Assembly: GCA_965279375.1 (NCBI GenBank)
Contig: OZ257156.1
Location: forward strand, 3,872,001-3,936,000
Source: Gemmatimonas sp.
GTDB taxonomy: Bacteria; Gemmatimonadota; Gemmatimonadetes; Gemmatimonadales; Gemmatimonadaceae
DNA length: 64,000 bases
Reading direction: 5' to 3'
The notes under the pieces are model-generated. The model worked only from the letters and a program-made list of their open reading frames with translations. It did not search any database and was not told the DNA's origin. Made by a program: the position numbers and the translations under genes. The first letter of the stretch is position 1; every line of letters starts with the position of its first letter. Shown here in pieces: positions 31,505 through 42,624 of the stretch.

Positions 31505-32805
31505 CAGGCAGTTCTCCACTGGAGGTGCGCGCGTTCCAGGCGCACCAGGTCTTCGTAGCGTTCGCGCTCCGTGATCACTGCAAATCGATCGCCATCAACG
31601 AGCACTTCGGCCGGACGCGGCCGAGAGTTGTAGTTCGACGCCATCGTGTAGCCGTAAGCACCCGCCGTGCGCACCACCATCAAGTCGCCCGCACTCACGT
31701 CGGCCACCACGCGGTCCTTCGCGTAGAAATCACCAGACTCGCAAATCGGGCCGACAATATCCGCCACCAGCGTGCCCGCTGTATCACGCACGGGATCGAT
31801 CTGGTGAAACGCCTGATACAACGCCGGGCGAATGAGATCGCTCATCCCCGCGTCGGTGACCACAAAGTCCTTTCCTGCGGCATGCTTGCGATACAACACC
31901 TCAGTGAGCAGCACACCCGCGTCGGCCACGAGGAAACGCCCCGGCTCGAGCATGAGCGTGAGTCCCACATCGCGTACCGCCGCAATCACCAGCTGCGCAT
32001 AGTCTTCGACATCGGCCTCCGACTCGCCCGGCTCATATGGCACGGCGAGTCCGCCGCCGACGTCCATGAACTCCAACTCGTGCCCCTGCGCGCGCACGGT
32101 CTCGATCAACGTGAGCAAGCGAGGCAAGGCATCGCGAATCGGGTCGGCGTTGCTTATCTGCGACCCGAGATGCATGCCGAGTCCCTTGAGCTGCACATGC
32201 GGCAGCTCGAGCACCAGTGATGCGACACGTTCGACGTCATCGCGCGGGATGCCGAACTTCTGCCCCTTCTCACCTGTCTTGATGTACGCATGCGGCGTCT
32301 CGACGGTGACCTCGGGATTGACCCGAATGGCAATCGACGCAATCACGTCCAATCGCGCGGCGACGTGCTCGATCGCGAACAGCTCCGCCTCGGACTCCAC
32401 GTTGATCAGCTGCACGCGTTCTTGCAGTGCCTGCTCGATCTCCAGCATCGTTTTGCCAACACCGCTGAAAACCACATCGCGCCCAACGAAGCCGGCTTCA
32501 CGCGCGCGATACAGTTCACCACCGGAGACGATGTCCACACCCGCCCCAAGCTCCTGCAGCAACCGCAGCACCGAGAGATTGGAATTCGCCTTCATGGCGA
32601 AATGCACGTGATGCGGCACCGACGCGAACGCGCGCGACAACCGCTCGAAGCGCGCGCGAATGGTGTTGGCGCTGTACACGTAGCACGGCGTTCCCACCGC
32701 CGCTGCAATGTCGGCCAGTGCGACCCCCTCGGCGCGCACCGATCCATCAACGCGAGCGAACGCACTCTCCAGCGCGGATGCCACGGTCAGTACGACCGCG
32801 CCCAA
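31504..32805 (-). CDS. lysA: Diaminopimelate decarboxylase (start TTG 32805 or GTG 32784)
   Basis: FAMKAN, HLGSQ, EPGR, GPICESGD, MASNYNSRPRP. Confidence 0.97.
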   Translation of the reverse strand: MGAVVLTVASALESAFARVDGSVRAEGVALADIAAAVGTPCYVYSANTIRARFERLSRAFASVPHHVHFAMKANSNLSVLRLLQELGAGVDIVSGGELYRAREAGFVGRDVVFSGVGKTMLEIEQALQERVQLINVESEAELFAIEHVAARLDVIASIAIRVNPEVTVETPHAYIKTGEKGQKFGIPRDDVERVASLVLELPHVQLKGLGMHLGSQISNADPIRDALPRLLTLIETVRAQGHELEFMDVGGGLAVPYEPGESEADVEDYAQLVIAAVRDVGLTLMLEPGRFLVADAGVLLTEVLYRKHAAGKDFVVTDAGMSDLIRPALYQAFHQIDPVRDTAGTLVADIVGPICESGDFYAKDRVVADVSAGDLMVVRTAGAYGYTMASNYNSRPRPAEVLVDGDRFAVITERERYEDLVRLERAHLQWRTA

Positions 32806-34256
32806 AGGACTTCGTACTTGGCCGGTTCACCGGTGACCATGCAGGTCGTCGGCGCGACCGGCGAACGGAATTCCGGATCGGGGATGCAGCGAATCGTGGC
32901 CTTGGTCTCTTCCTTCACCTTGGCCTCCACCGCGGGATCGCCATTCCAGCCCGCGTAGACGAACGCACCGTCCCCAGCCATGATCTCCTTGAACTTCTCG
33001 TACGAGATTGGCTCGCGAATGCTGTTGGCTTCGAGGCGCGCACGCGCTGCGGCCAGCATGTCCGCCTGAATCTGATCGAGCACGACTGGCAGTTCGGTGC
33101 GCAGCGCATCGATCGCGATCGAGCGCTTCTCACGCGTGTCGCGGCGCACCAACATGCCCGAGTTCGACGCGAGATCGCGCGGGCCGATCTCCATGCGCAG
33201 CGGAATGCCGCGCAGCTCCCAGTGGTAGTACTTGGCGCCTGGCTTCACGCCGATGCGGTCGTCGACGTGCAGGCGGAGACGCTCGTGATCCGGGCGCTTG
33301 AAGCTGCCCAAGTCCTCCTTGATGCGATGCGCCTCCGCGAACACGGCGGCACGCTCCTCGTCCGTCTTCCAGATCGGCACGATGACCATCTGAATCGGCG
33401 TCAGCTTTGGCGTGAGCCGCAAACCGGCGTCGTCGCCGTGCGTCATGACGAGACCACCAACCATGCGCGTCGAAACGCCCCAGCTCGTATTCCACGCGAA
33501 CGACTCGCTGCCCTGCTCGTTCTGGAACTTGAGATCGAACGCCTTCGCAAAATTCTGGCCGAGGTTGTGCGACGTGCCGGCCTGCAGGGCCTTGTTGTCC
33601 TGCATCATTGCTTCGCAGGAGTAGGTACGCAGCGCGCCAGCGAACTTCTCCGCGTCGGTCTTCTGACCCGTGATTACCGGCATCGCCATGTACTCTTCCA
33701 TGAACGTGCGGTAGACGCCCAACATCTTGCGCGTCTCGATCTCGGCTTCATCGTGCGTGGCGTGCGCGGTGTGCCCTTCCTGCCACAGGAATTCCATCGT
33801 GCGCAGGAACAGCCGCGTCCGCATTTCCCAGCGCACCACGTTCGCCCACTGGTTGTAGAGCAATGGCAAGTCGCGGTAGCTCTGTACCCACTTGGCGAAC
33901 ATCGAGTAGATGATCGTCTCCGACGTGGGGCGCACGACCAGCCGCTCTTCGAGCTGCTTGCCACCGCCCATCGTCACGACGGCACACTCGGGTGCAAATC
34001 CTTCCACGTGCTCCGCTTCCTTCGAGAGAAAGCTCTCGGGAATGAAGAGCGGGAAGTACGCGTTCACATGGCCGGTGGCCTTGAACATGTCGTCGAGCGC
34101 GCGCTGCATGCGCTCCCACACACCGTAGCCGTGCGGGCGAATGACCATGCAACCGCGGACCGGCGAGTAGTCCGCCAGCTCGGCGCGCAGCACGAGTTCG
34201 TTGTACCACTCGCTGAAGTTCTCGGCGCGAGTCGGAAGCTTCTTATCGTCAGACAT
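32787..34256 (-). CDS. proS: Proline--tRNA ligase (archaeal/eukaryote-like type)
   Basis: RPTSET, QWANVVRWE, FLWQEGHT, QAGTSHNLGQNF, C-terminal ARSY. Confidence 0.97.
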   Translation of the reverse strand: MSDDKKLPTRAENFSEWYNELVLRAELADYSPVRGCMVIRPHGYGVWERMQRALDDMFKATGHVNAYFPLFIPESFLSKEAEHVEGFAPECAVVTMGGGKQLEERLVVRPTSETIIYSMFAKWVQSYRDLPLLYNQWANVVRWEMRTRLFLRTMEFLWQEGHTAHATHDEAEIETRKMLGVYRTFMEEYMAMPVITGQKTDAEKFAGALRTYSCEAMMQDNKALQAGTSHNLGQNFAKAFDLKFQNEQGSESFAWNTSWGVSTRMVGGLVMTHGDDAGLRLTPKLTPIQMVIVPIWKTDEERAAVFAEAHRIKEDLGSFKRPDHERLRLHVDDRIGVKPGAKYYHWELRGIPLRMEIGPRDLASNSGMLVRRDTREKRSIAIDALRTELPVVLDQIQADMLAAARARLEANSIREPISYEKFKEIMAGDGAFVYAGWNGDPAVEAKVKEETKATIRCIPDPEFRSPVAPTTCMVTGEPAKYEVLWARSY

Positions 34257-35550
34257 GAGCGTGTTGTTCCTGAAGAAACGCGGAAACGGACAGCGTGCGT
34301 TCGCTGCGGGGAGAGAGCGTGATCACGCGCGCGAGCAACTCGTCGGCGGGCATCGCCCCCGACTTCACCACCACAACCTGCGCCGCTCCGGCCTTCTCGG
34401 CGGCTTCCAGCTGCTTCTTGAACGACATCGGGCGGAAGGCATACTCCACCGAACAGCCCGTGTCGCGCAGCGCTTTCGACACAGACAACACGCGCGGCAC
34501 CGCCTTCGCATCGAGATCGGCCGCCATCACCCAGTAGTCGATCGAAGGCGCAGACGAGGGCATCAGTCCACGCTCTCGCAGGAACTCGCCAAGGACGACA
34601 TCACCCATGCCAAAGCCCAACGCTGGCAGGTCGGCGTCGCCGAGTGACTTGAGCAAGTTGTCGTAACGTCCGCCGCCGCAAATGGCGCGAAACTCGCCGC
34701 GCGCATCGAACAGTTCGAAGACGATGCCCGTGTAGTAAGCGAGGCCACGCACGATCGTGAGATCGAACTTGATCCACGACGCCGTACCGAGCGCCTCCGC
34801 GTGTGCCAGGTACTCGCCGAAGCGTGCAACGTGTTCCGCCACCGCCGGCGCCGAACCATAGCGAATGCGTACCGTCTCGAAGTCGAGCGTGCCGAGTCCG
34901 AGTACGGCGTCGACAGTCGCCGCGTCGAGGCCAGCGGAAACGAGCTTCTCGGCGGAGACGTCGCGCGGCTGACGATCGAGTTTGTCGAGCACCGCGTACA
35001 CCGCGCTCCACGCGTCTTCGGCAATCTCGAGATGCTGCAGCAGCCCGTTCAGCAACCGGCGATCGGACACACGCGCGCGCACGTCTTCGCTGGTCAAGCC
35101 GAGGCCGCGCATGATGTCGATCGCCACGGCCAGCAGCTCGGCGTCCGCCAGCACGTCCGCCTCACCAACGATGTCGACGTTGAGCTGGAAGTGCTCACGC
35201 AAGCGTCCCTTCTGCATGCGCTCGTAGCGGAACAGCTGTGGAATCGTGAACCAGCGCACTGGCTTGCGCAGCGCTTGCGCCTTCGCGCCCACCATGCGGG
35301 CGAACGTCGGCGTCATCTCCGGGCGCATGGCGACGGCGCGTCCGCCCTTGTCTTCGAAGTTGTAGAGCTGCGTGACGATCTCGTCGCCGCTCTTCTGCGT
35401 GTAGAGATCGAGTGGCTCGAGCGGCGGCCCATCGTACTCCAGAAATGCATAGCGCCGCACGACGCGGCGCCAGGTTTCGAAGATGTGGGCTCGCTCGGCG
35501 AACTGCTCCGGGTAGAAGTCGCGGAACCCCGGTAAAGGCTTCGGTGTCAT
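34249..35550 (-). CDS. hisS: Histidine--tRNA ligase
   Basis: RPEMTP, FRYER.QKGRLREHFQ, RGLAYYTG, GGGRYD. Confidence 0.97.
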   Translation of the reverse strand: MTPKPLPGFRDFYPEQFAERAHIFETWRRVVRRYAFLEYDGPPLEPLDLYTQKSGDEIVTQLYNFEDKGGRAVAMRPEMTPTFARMVGAKAQALRKPVRWFTIPQLFRYERMQKGRLREHFQLNVDIVGEADVLADAELLAVAIDIMRGLGLTSEDVRARVSDRRLLNGLLQHLEIAEDAWSAVYAVLDKLDRQPRDVSAEKLVSAGLDAATVDAVLGLGTLDFETVRIRYGSAPAVAEHVARFGEYLAHAEALGTASWIKFDLTIVRGLAYYTGIVFELFDARGEFRAICGGGRYDNLLKSLGDADLPALGFGMGDVVLGEFLRERGLMPSSAPSIDYWVMAADLDAKAVPRVLSVSKALRDTGCSVEYAFRPMSFKKQLEAAEKAGAAQVVVVKSGAMPADELLARVITLSPRSERTLSVSAFLQEQHAHV

Positions 35551-35559
35551 CGAGGAAAG

Positions 35560-36882
35560 CTACCGGGCGAGAGGATCGACCTGCAAGCGTTCCATCGCAT
35601 CGCCCACGGTATGAAAAGAGCCGGTCACGAGGATCGTCGCGCCGTGCGACTGCGCCTCCTGAAGCGCCTCGTCGAAGTCATCACGCCGAACGACCGGCAG
35701 CTCCTGATCCTCGCCCCATGCGGCCACCTCGTCGAGAGACCACGCGCGACTCTCGGGAGCGGTCGGCGCCATCGTCAGAATCACGCGATCGGCCACACGT
35801 GACACCGCGCGCAGGATGCCGCGCCAGTCCTTGTCGCGCAGCACGCACAGCACCGCCACGACCGGCTTGGGCACACCGATTTCGCGAAGGTTGTCTGCGA
35901 CGGTCGCGGCGCCGTCCGGATTGTGGGCCACGTCGAACAGCCATGGCCCCCATCGATGAAAGCGTCCGGCCAGTCGCACGCCGCCCAGCAGGGTGTCTGC
36001 CTGATCGGCAATGGCGGCCCAGCGCGGCCCAGCGCCGCGTAGCATCGCCAACGCCACCGACGCGTTGTGCGCCTGAAACGCCCCCACAAGCGGCGTCAAC
36101 AGCGCACGGCTACTCGTGCCCTCGCGCAGAGTGAAGCGCGTACCCGCCCCGTCCACACGTACATCGGACACGTCCCAGTCGCGTCCGGTGACCAGAATGG
36201 GCGATGCTCCAACCGATTCGGCGCGACTCTGCAGTAGATCACGAATCTCCGGCCGCGTGTCACCCACGATCGCCGCCACGCCAGCCTTGAAGATCCCCGC
36301 CTTCTCGCCGGCGATTTCCGCGAGGGAATCCCCGAGATACTCCGTGTGGTCGAAGCCGATCTGCGTCACGGCCGCGGCCACCGGATGGACGAGATTTGTC
36401 GCGTCGAGACGACCGCCAAGGCCGACTTCCACGATGGCGACATCCACCTGCATCGCCGCGAAGTGCGCGAACGCCATTGCCGTGGTGGACTCGAAGAAGG
36501 TCGCGCCCAGCCGCGACAGCTCCGGCTCCCACTCGGTCAACCACGCGGCGATCGCCCCGTGCGACATGGGGACGCCGTTGACCACCACGCGCTCCGCGAA
36601 GTCCACCAGATGCGGCGAGGTATAGCGACCCACGCGGAGCCCGGCGCCGCGCAGCAGCGCATCGAGTGTCGCCACGGTACTGCCCTTTCCGTTCGTGCCG
36701 GCGACATGAAAGACCGGATAGGCGCGATGCGGGTTGCCAAGCAACCCTAGCAGTTCACGCACCCGATCCAGCCCCAATCGCCACGCCCCGCCGGTTCGCG
36801 CGAAGAGCCGCCGCAACGCGTCGCGGTAGGCCTCTTCTTCGGGCGTGAGCGCTGGTCCCGCCAAGATCGGCGGGGGCGCCAA
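35560..36882 (-). CDS. folC: Folylpolyglutamate synthase/dihydrofolate synthase
   Basis: HVAGTNGKGS, YTSPHL, EVGLGGRLDATN, DVAHNP. Confidence 0.96.
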   Translation of the reverse strand: MAPPPILAGPALTPEEEAYRDALRRLFARTGGAWRLGLDRVRELLGLLGNPHRAYPVFHVAGTNGKGSTVATLDALLRGAGLRVGRYTSPHLVDFAERVVVNGVPMSHGAIAAWLTEWEPELSRLGATFFESTTAMAFAHFAAMQVDVAIVEVGLGGRLDATNLVHPVAAAVTQIGFDHTEYLGDSLAEIAGEKAGIFKAGVAAIVGDTRPEIRDLLQSRAESVGASPILVTGRDWDVSDVRVDGAGTRFTLREGTSSRALLTPLVGAFQAHNASVALAMLRGAGPRWAAIADQADTLLGGVRLAGRFHRWGPWLFDVAHNPDGAATVADNLREIGVPKPVVAVLCVLRDKDWRGILRAVSRVADRVILTMAPTAPESRAWSLDEVAAWGEDQELPVVRRDDFDEALQEAQSHGATILVTGSFHTVGDAMERLQVDPLAR

Positions 36883-36893
36883 GGGGTGCGTGG

Positions 36894-37760
<867 letters not shown>

Positions 37761-37846
37761 AGACCATGTAAGATCGACGCTCTGGGTGACCAAGGCTAGA
37801 CCTTGCGCCGATGAGCGTTACACGCTCAGCACCTTCGGCGGTCGGG

Positions 37847-37862
37847 CCGAAAACAGGCCGAA
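37847..37862 (-). promoter_or_regulatory. Third copy of candidate LexA direct-repeat box
   Basis: Minus strand TTCGGcctgttTTCGG; 15/16 identical to 3989-4004; intergenic between rodA and accD. Confidence 0.45.
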
Positions 37863-37898
37863 TCGAGCGGCGACTCGACCCTACGCCGTGTGAAGGGA

Positions 37899-39155
37899 CT
37901 ACAGGCCCAGTGCGTCAGCCTGTCCGCGACCTTCTGCGGAGATGCGCAACAAGACGCCAACGGCTAACCAACTCACCAGCAGGAACGAGCCGCCATAGCT
38001 GAAGAATGGAAGCGGAATGCCGGTGACGGGCATGAGATTGAGTGTCATGCCGATGTTCACGATCACGTGCACGAACCAGGCGGATACCACGCCAAAGGCG
38101 ACGAGACTCGGGAACGCATCGTTGGCGCGCGTCGCCACTCGGGTGCTTCGGAGGAAGAGCGCGAGAAAAAGGGACAGCGCGATCGAGACGCCGATGAACC
38201 CCAGTTCTTCGCCGACCACGGAGAAAATGAAGTCGGTCTCACGGGCCGGCAGGAACTGTCCGCGCTTCTGGCTGCCGAGAGTGAAGCCCTTGCCGAAGAG
38301 ACCACCCGATCCGATCGCAACCTTGGACTGCAGGATCTGATAGCCTGATGCGCGCGGGTCGGCGGACGGGTCGATGAAGACCAGCAGGCGACGTTGCTGA
38401 TACGGCTTGAGTTTGTCCCACAATAGCGGCGCCACGACGCCCATGGCGACGTTCGTGAGCAGCAGTACGACGCCTTCGCGCAGGTAGGTACGCGACCACA
38501 GCACGAGCGCGACGAGAATGAGAAACCACGCGCCCCAGATGCCGGTGCTGAATGCGAGAATGAGACTGATCCCCGGGCTCGCCAACATCACCAACAGCTG
38601 CCACGGCGTGCCCGACCAGTACAACATCGCGAAGCAAATCGCGATGAAGACGATGCCTGTTCCCAGGTCTGGCTGCGCCATGACGAGCAACCACGGAATG
38701 CCGACCACCACGAGCGGTCGCCACAAACCCAGCAGTGACTTGGGCACCTCACGCTGCGAGGCGAGGACGCGCGCCAGCATGAACGTTGTGGCGAGCTTGG
38801 CCAACTCCGCCGGTTGCCCGATGCGTCGTCCGCCAACGGTGATCCACCCCTTCACGCTGGCGGCGGTACCGGCACCCGTTCCCACGAACAGCACGAGCAC
38901 CAGCAGTGAGACGCTAAAGAGATAGAGCGGCCACGCGCTCCATTCGATCAGCCGCACGGAGCCGCGCATGACTGCCCAACACGCGATGAGCGCAAACCCG
39001 AACCACATCGCCTGACGCTGCCATAGTCCGACGATCTTGGACGGGATATCCGTTTGACCGGCGGAGAAGACCATGGAAATACCGAACGCTGACAGAACGA
39101 GCGCAATCAGCAGCAGCGGATAGTCGATGGTTTGGCGACGGATCGAGGTCGCCAT
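37899..39155 (-). CDS. rodA: Rod shape-determining protein RodA (SEDS)
   Basis: QPAELAK, QPDLGT, QSKVAIGSGG, TDFIF, GIPLPFFSYGGS; follows mrdA. Confidence 0.96.
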   Translation of the reverse strand: MATSIRRQTIDYPLLLIALVLSAFGISMVFSAGQTDIPSKIVGLWQRQAMWFGFALIACWAVMRGSVRLIEWSAWPLYLFSVSLLVLVLFVGTGAGTAASVKGWITVGGRRIGQPAELAKLATTFMLARVLASQREVPKSLLGLWRPLVVVGIPWLLVMAQPDLGTGIVFIAICFAMLYWSGTPWQLLVMLASPGISLILAFSTGIWGAWFLILVALVLWSRTYLREGVVLLLTNVAMGVVAPLLWDKLKPYQQRRLLVFIDPSADPRASGYQILQSKVAIGSGGLFGKGFTLGSQKRGQFLPARETDFIFSVVGEELGFIGVSIALSLFLALFLRSTRVATRANDAFPSLVAFGVVSAWFVHVIVNIGMTLNLMPVTGIPLPFFSYGGSFLLVSWLAVGVLLRISAEGRGQADALGL

Positions 39156-39156
39156 A

Positions 39157-40917
39157 CTACTCCACGATCTCCGACTTCATCGTGAGGCGCTGCTTGAGAT
39201 AGCGCTCCATGACCTTTGTCGCGATCTGCGCGGCGTGCGGACCGTGCAATCCTTCCTCCAAGAGCACCGCAACCACGATCTGTGGCTTGTCCGCCGGCGC
39301 GTAGCCAACGAACCACGCATTATCGGGGTGCGGCGGGTTCTGCGCCGTACCGGTCTTACCTGCGATCGTGAGACCCGCGATCTGCGCACTGGCCGCTGTT
39401 CCTCGCGTGACCACGTCGGCAAGCGCGAGCTTGAGCCCTTCCAGCTGCTCGTCGGTCAGGTTGAGGATCTGCTTCCTCTCGACCGTGTGCGAAACGATCT
39501 GCGGCTGAGGAGTCGAGCCATCGGTCGCGAGCGCGGAATAGAACTTGGCCATCGAGAGCGGTGTCTGCGCATTGTTGGCCTGTCCGATCGACAAACTCAA
39601 GACGACGGACGGATTCCACCCACGCGGACCATACTTGCGATCGAAATACTTCATGCTTTCGGGCCACGTCGGTCGCTTCTCGCCGGGCAAGTCGATGCCG
39701 GTGCTGTCGCGGAAGCCAAGTGCAACGCCGCCCGCGAGCAACTTCGCGAGCGAGATCTTGAGACCGAGCTGATAGAAATACACGTCACATGACTTGGCGA
39801 TCGCTTGCGCGAGCGTCACGTCTCCGTGCCCTCGGTGATCGTGACACTTGAATACACGACCATAGTAGAACGAACCCGTGCACGCCTGCGGCATGCGCGT
39901 ATCCATGGTCACAAGCCCGCGCTGCAGGCCCATGATTGCCGTAGCCAACTTGAAGGTGGACGCCGGCGCGTACTGCCCAACGAGCGTCCGGTTGAACAAC
40001 GGCTTGTTCGGGTCGTCCAGCAAGCTCTGATAGTACTTGACCGGTACGCCGCCGATGAAGCGATTGATGTCATACGTTGGCGCACTGTACATCGCACGAA
40101 TACCGCCGGTCTGCGGATCCATCGCCACCACGCCGCCGCGCAAGGAATCGCCGAAGTACTCGTGGATGAAGCGCTGCAGATCCAGGTCGAGATTCGTGCG
40201 CAGTGGCGGCGGCGCTTCCGGCTGCTCCTCGGCGCGCACACCGTTGTCACGCACGACGCGGTTACGCGCATCGACCTCCACAAAACGTCGCCCCTCGCGT
40301 CCGCGAAGCTGCTCCTCGTATTGCTGCTCCAGTCCGATTTTGCCGATCTGCTGGCCGGCCTTGTACCCATCGTACTTGGGCATCGCCAGCTGCGCTTCCG
40401 TGATCTCGCCCGTGTATCCCACCAGCGTCGCCATCGCGGCGCCGTCCGGATAGTACCGCTTGGGTGAACTCTGAATGATCAGCCCGGGAAACTCGACCCG
40501 ACGCTCCTCCAGCACCGAAACAACCTGGAAGGATGCGTCCGTGAAGATCACCGCCGGACGTTGCGGCGCACGCCGAAACCGACGCAGCGCCTCGCGCTGC
40601 TGCATCGAATCGATCGGCACGACCTTCGCCAACGTGACCAACGCATTGCGGAGCGAATCTTCCGTCGGGCTGATGATCGACACCGAGTAGCCCGGCAAAT
40701 TCTCCGCGATCACCTCGCCCTTGCGGTCGTAGATGATGCCGCGAGCGCCCGGCAGCGGCACCTCACGCAATCGGTTGTTCTCCGACTGCAGCGTGTACTC
40801 TGCGTTGCGGAGCACCTGTGTGCGAAAGAATGCGCCGCCCAGTGCGACGAACGACAGCACGAGAAAACCACGCGCGAGGCGCGCGCGTCGGAGCAGCTCA
40901 TTCGGATGAAAGCTCAT
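39157..40917 (-). CDS. mrdA: Penicillin-binding protein 2
   Basis: STFK, SCD, KTGT motifs; in the mre cluster. Confidence 0.96.
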   Translation of the reverse strand: MSFHPNELLRRARLARGFLVLSFVALGGAFFRTQVLRNAEYTLQSENNRLREVPLPGARGIIYDRKGEVIAENLPGYSVSIISPTEDSLRNALVTLAKVVPIDSMQQREALRRFRRAPQRPAVIFTDASFQVVSVLEERRVEFPGLIIQSSPKRYYPDGAAMATLVGYTGEITEAQLAMPKYDGYKAGQQIGKIGLEQQYEEQLRGREGRRFVEVDARNRVVRDNGVRAEEQPEAPPPLRTNLDLDLQRFIHEYFGDSLRGGVVAMDPQTGGIRAMYSAPTYDINRFIGGVPVKYYQSLLDDPNKPLFNRTLVGQYAPASTFKLATAIMGLQRGLVTMDTRMPQACTGSFYYGRVFKCHDHRGHGDVTLAQAIAKSCDVYFYQLGLKISLAKLLAGGVALGFRDSTGIDLPGEKRPTWPESMKYFDRKYGPRGWNPSVVLSLSIGQANNAQTPLSMAKFYSALATDGSTPQPQIVSHTVERKQILNLTDEQLEGLKLALADVVTRGTAASAQIAGLTIAGKTGTAQNPPHPDNAWFVGYAPADKPQIVVAVLLEEGLHGPHAAQIATKVMERYLKQRLTMKSEIVE

Positions 40918-40938
40918 CGCGAATCCTCCCTCGTCTGC

Positions 40939-41448
40939 CTAGAACGCCTGTGGCCGATACAACGGACGGAACGCGGTCAGCAGGATCACCGCGACCAGCG
41001 CCGTCAGCGCCGCGGACAACGGCGACCAGAGCAAGATCTGCAACATCAGATCCACGCCGCGAGCACCGCCACTCACCAGCAACACGCCCACATCGAACAG
41101 CCACTTCCCCACGAAGACGAACAAGCCCGTCAGTGCCACATGCTCGGCGAAGAACACTGCCTTGGTCCACGACGCAGCGAAGGCCACGCACGTCATCACC
41201 AACGCCGAACTTCCGAACGATGCGGGCACGAGTGCATCGAGCGCGAGCCCCGCGACAAACCCCAACAGGGCGGCAACGCCCGGACGCACGCGTACCGCCG
41301 CGAACAACACCGCGATGACCAGGAAGTCTACGTTCGCGCGCGCGCCAAACAACGGGCGCACGCCGAAGTGCGCCGCGGCGAGCAAGGCGAAGCCAAGCCA
41401 TGCACGAAACGCCGACGCTGGCCCCGGCTGCGCTGGAGGGCCTCTCAT
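40939..41448 (-). CDS. mreD: Rod shape-determining protein MreD
   Basis: Small polytopic membrane protein (GLALD motif) between mreC and mrdA. Confidence 0.85.
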   Translation of the reverse strand: MRGPPAQPGPASAFRAWLGFALLAAAHFGVRPLFGARANVDFLVIAVLFAAVRVRPGVAALLGFVAGLALDALVPASFGSSALVMTCVAFAASWTKAVFFAEHVALTGLFVFVGKWLFDVGVLLVSGGARGVDLMLQILLWSPLSAALTALVAVILLTAFRPLYRPQAF

Positions 41449-42617
41449 CGCGGATCCTGAGGCGGCGGTCCGGTGCGCGCAGGCGTGGCCGGCGGCACGG
41501 TGGGCGGGCGTCGTACGGTGTCAGTCCGCGGCAGGCGCGCGCGACGCAAACTATCCGCGCGGAGACTGTCTGCACGCGTACGCAACACGGGGTTAACCGC
41601 TGGCGGCGCACCAGGCGCTGGGGTCGCGGCAGGTGGAGCGACGACACCGCTGTCACCAGGGGGAGCGATCGCCGCCGCAGAGTCGAGTGCCGCACGACGT
41701 GCCGACAACTCGTCGAGTGCTGCCTTGCGCGCGAGGGAATCACCCGCCGCAGCGATTGCCCGCGCCGCACTGTCAGCCGACGTCACGGTGGCCCACACGC
41801 CGTTCACGCCGCGCTGCGCACGCGACTGCAGCAACACCAACACCGGACCGATCGCCGCCGGCAAGACCGCCGGCTTCACGAGATATGTCCGCGCCCACTT
41901 TTCGGGCGTCGCAATTTCACCGAGCACGGTGCCGACGGGGATGCCGCGCGGATACGTCGCGCCCAACCCCGAACTCACAATCACGGTACCGGTATCGAGC
42001 TTGGCTCGAAACGGCACACCGCGCAGTTCGAGCAACCAACGTTCGGCGCCAGTACCCAAATGCGGTTGCACGATGCCGAACGCGCTCTCGTCCACGCTCA
42101 TCGCACTCACGCGAAAGTCGGGATGTGCCCACGTGATCACGAAGCTCGTGGTGGCGTCGGCAATCTGCACCATACCCACGAGACCGTCTGCCATGACCAC
42201 AGGCGAGAACGCTTGCACGCCCGCCGCCGTCCCCGCGTTCAACGTCAATGTGAAGTCATCATCCACGCCGCGCGACGGAATGATCTCGGCGGCCACGAAG
42301 CCGTCCTGCAAACGCGCCGAGAGTCCGAGCAAGCGGCGCAACGTCGCGTTCTCCGCAGCGACCGATGGCGCCGTGAGCGCTTGTGTCGCCACCTGACCGC
42401 GAACGTTCAGCAGGTCATTGCGTGAAACGATGGCAGCGCGGATCGATGCGGCGCGACCTTCGAGCAACACGAATGGCGAGAGCACCGTGGCCCGCAACGC
42501 ACTCGACACGGAGTCGCGCATGCGGCGCGGCATGACGAGCGCGAACACGGACAACGCGACACAGGCCACGACGAGGCCGGTGTCCAGTCGTCCTCCCCCG
42601 CGAACGCTGCGAGCCAC
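41445..42617 (-). CDS. mreC: Rod shape-determining protein MreC with Pro/Ala-rich tail
   Basis: ENATLRRLL, GLVG, SSGLG..YPRGIPVG. Confidence 0.92.
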   Translation of the reverse strand: MARSVRGGGRLDTGLVVACVALSVFALVMPRRMRDSVSSALRATVLSPFVLLEGRAASIRAAIVSRNDLLNVRGQVATQALTAPSVAAENATLRRLLGLSARLQDGFVAAEIIPSRGVDDDFTLTLNAGTAAGVQAFSPVVMADGLVGMVQIADATTSFVITWAHPDFRVSAMSVDESAFGIVQPHLGTGAERWLLELRGVPFRAKLDTGTVIVSSGLGATYPRGIPVGTVLGEIATPEKWARTYLVKPAVLPAAIGPVLVLLQSRAQRGVNGVWATVTSADSAARAIAAAGDSLARKAALDELSARRAALDSAAAIAPPGDSGVVAPPAATPAPGAPPAVNPVLRTRADSLRADSLRRARLPRTDTVRRPPTVPPATPARTGPPPQDPR

Positions 42618-42624
42618 AGCGCCG

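Noticed and set aside
32718..34322. 534-aa plus-strand ORF
   Set aside because: Antisense shadow of proS.
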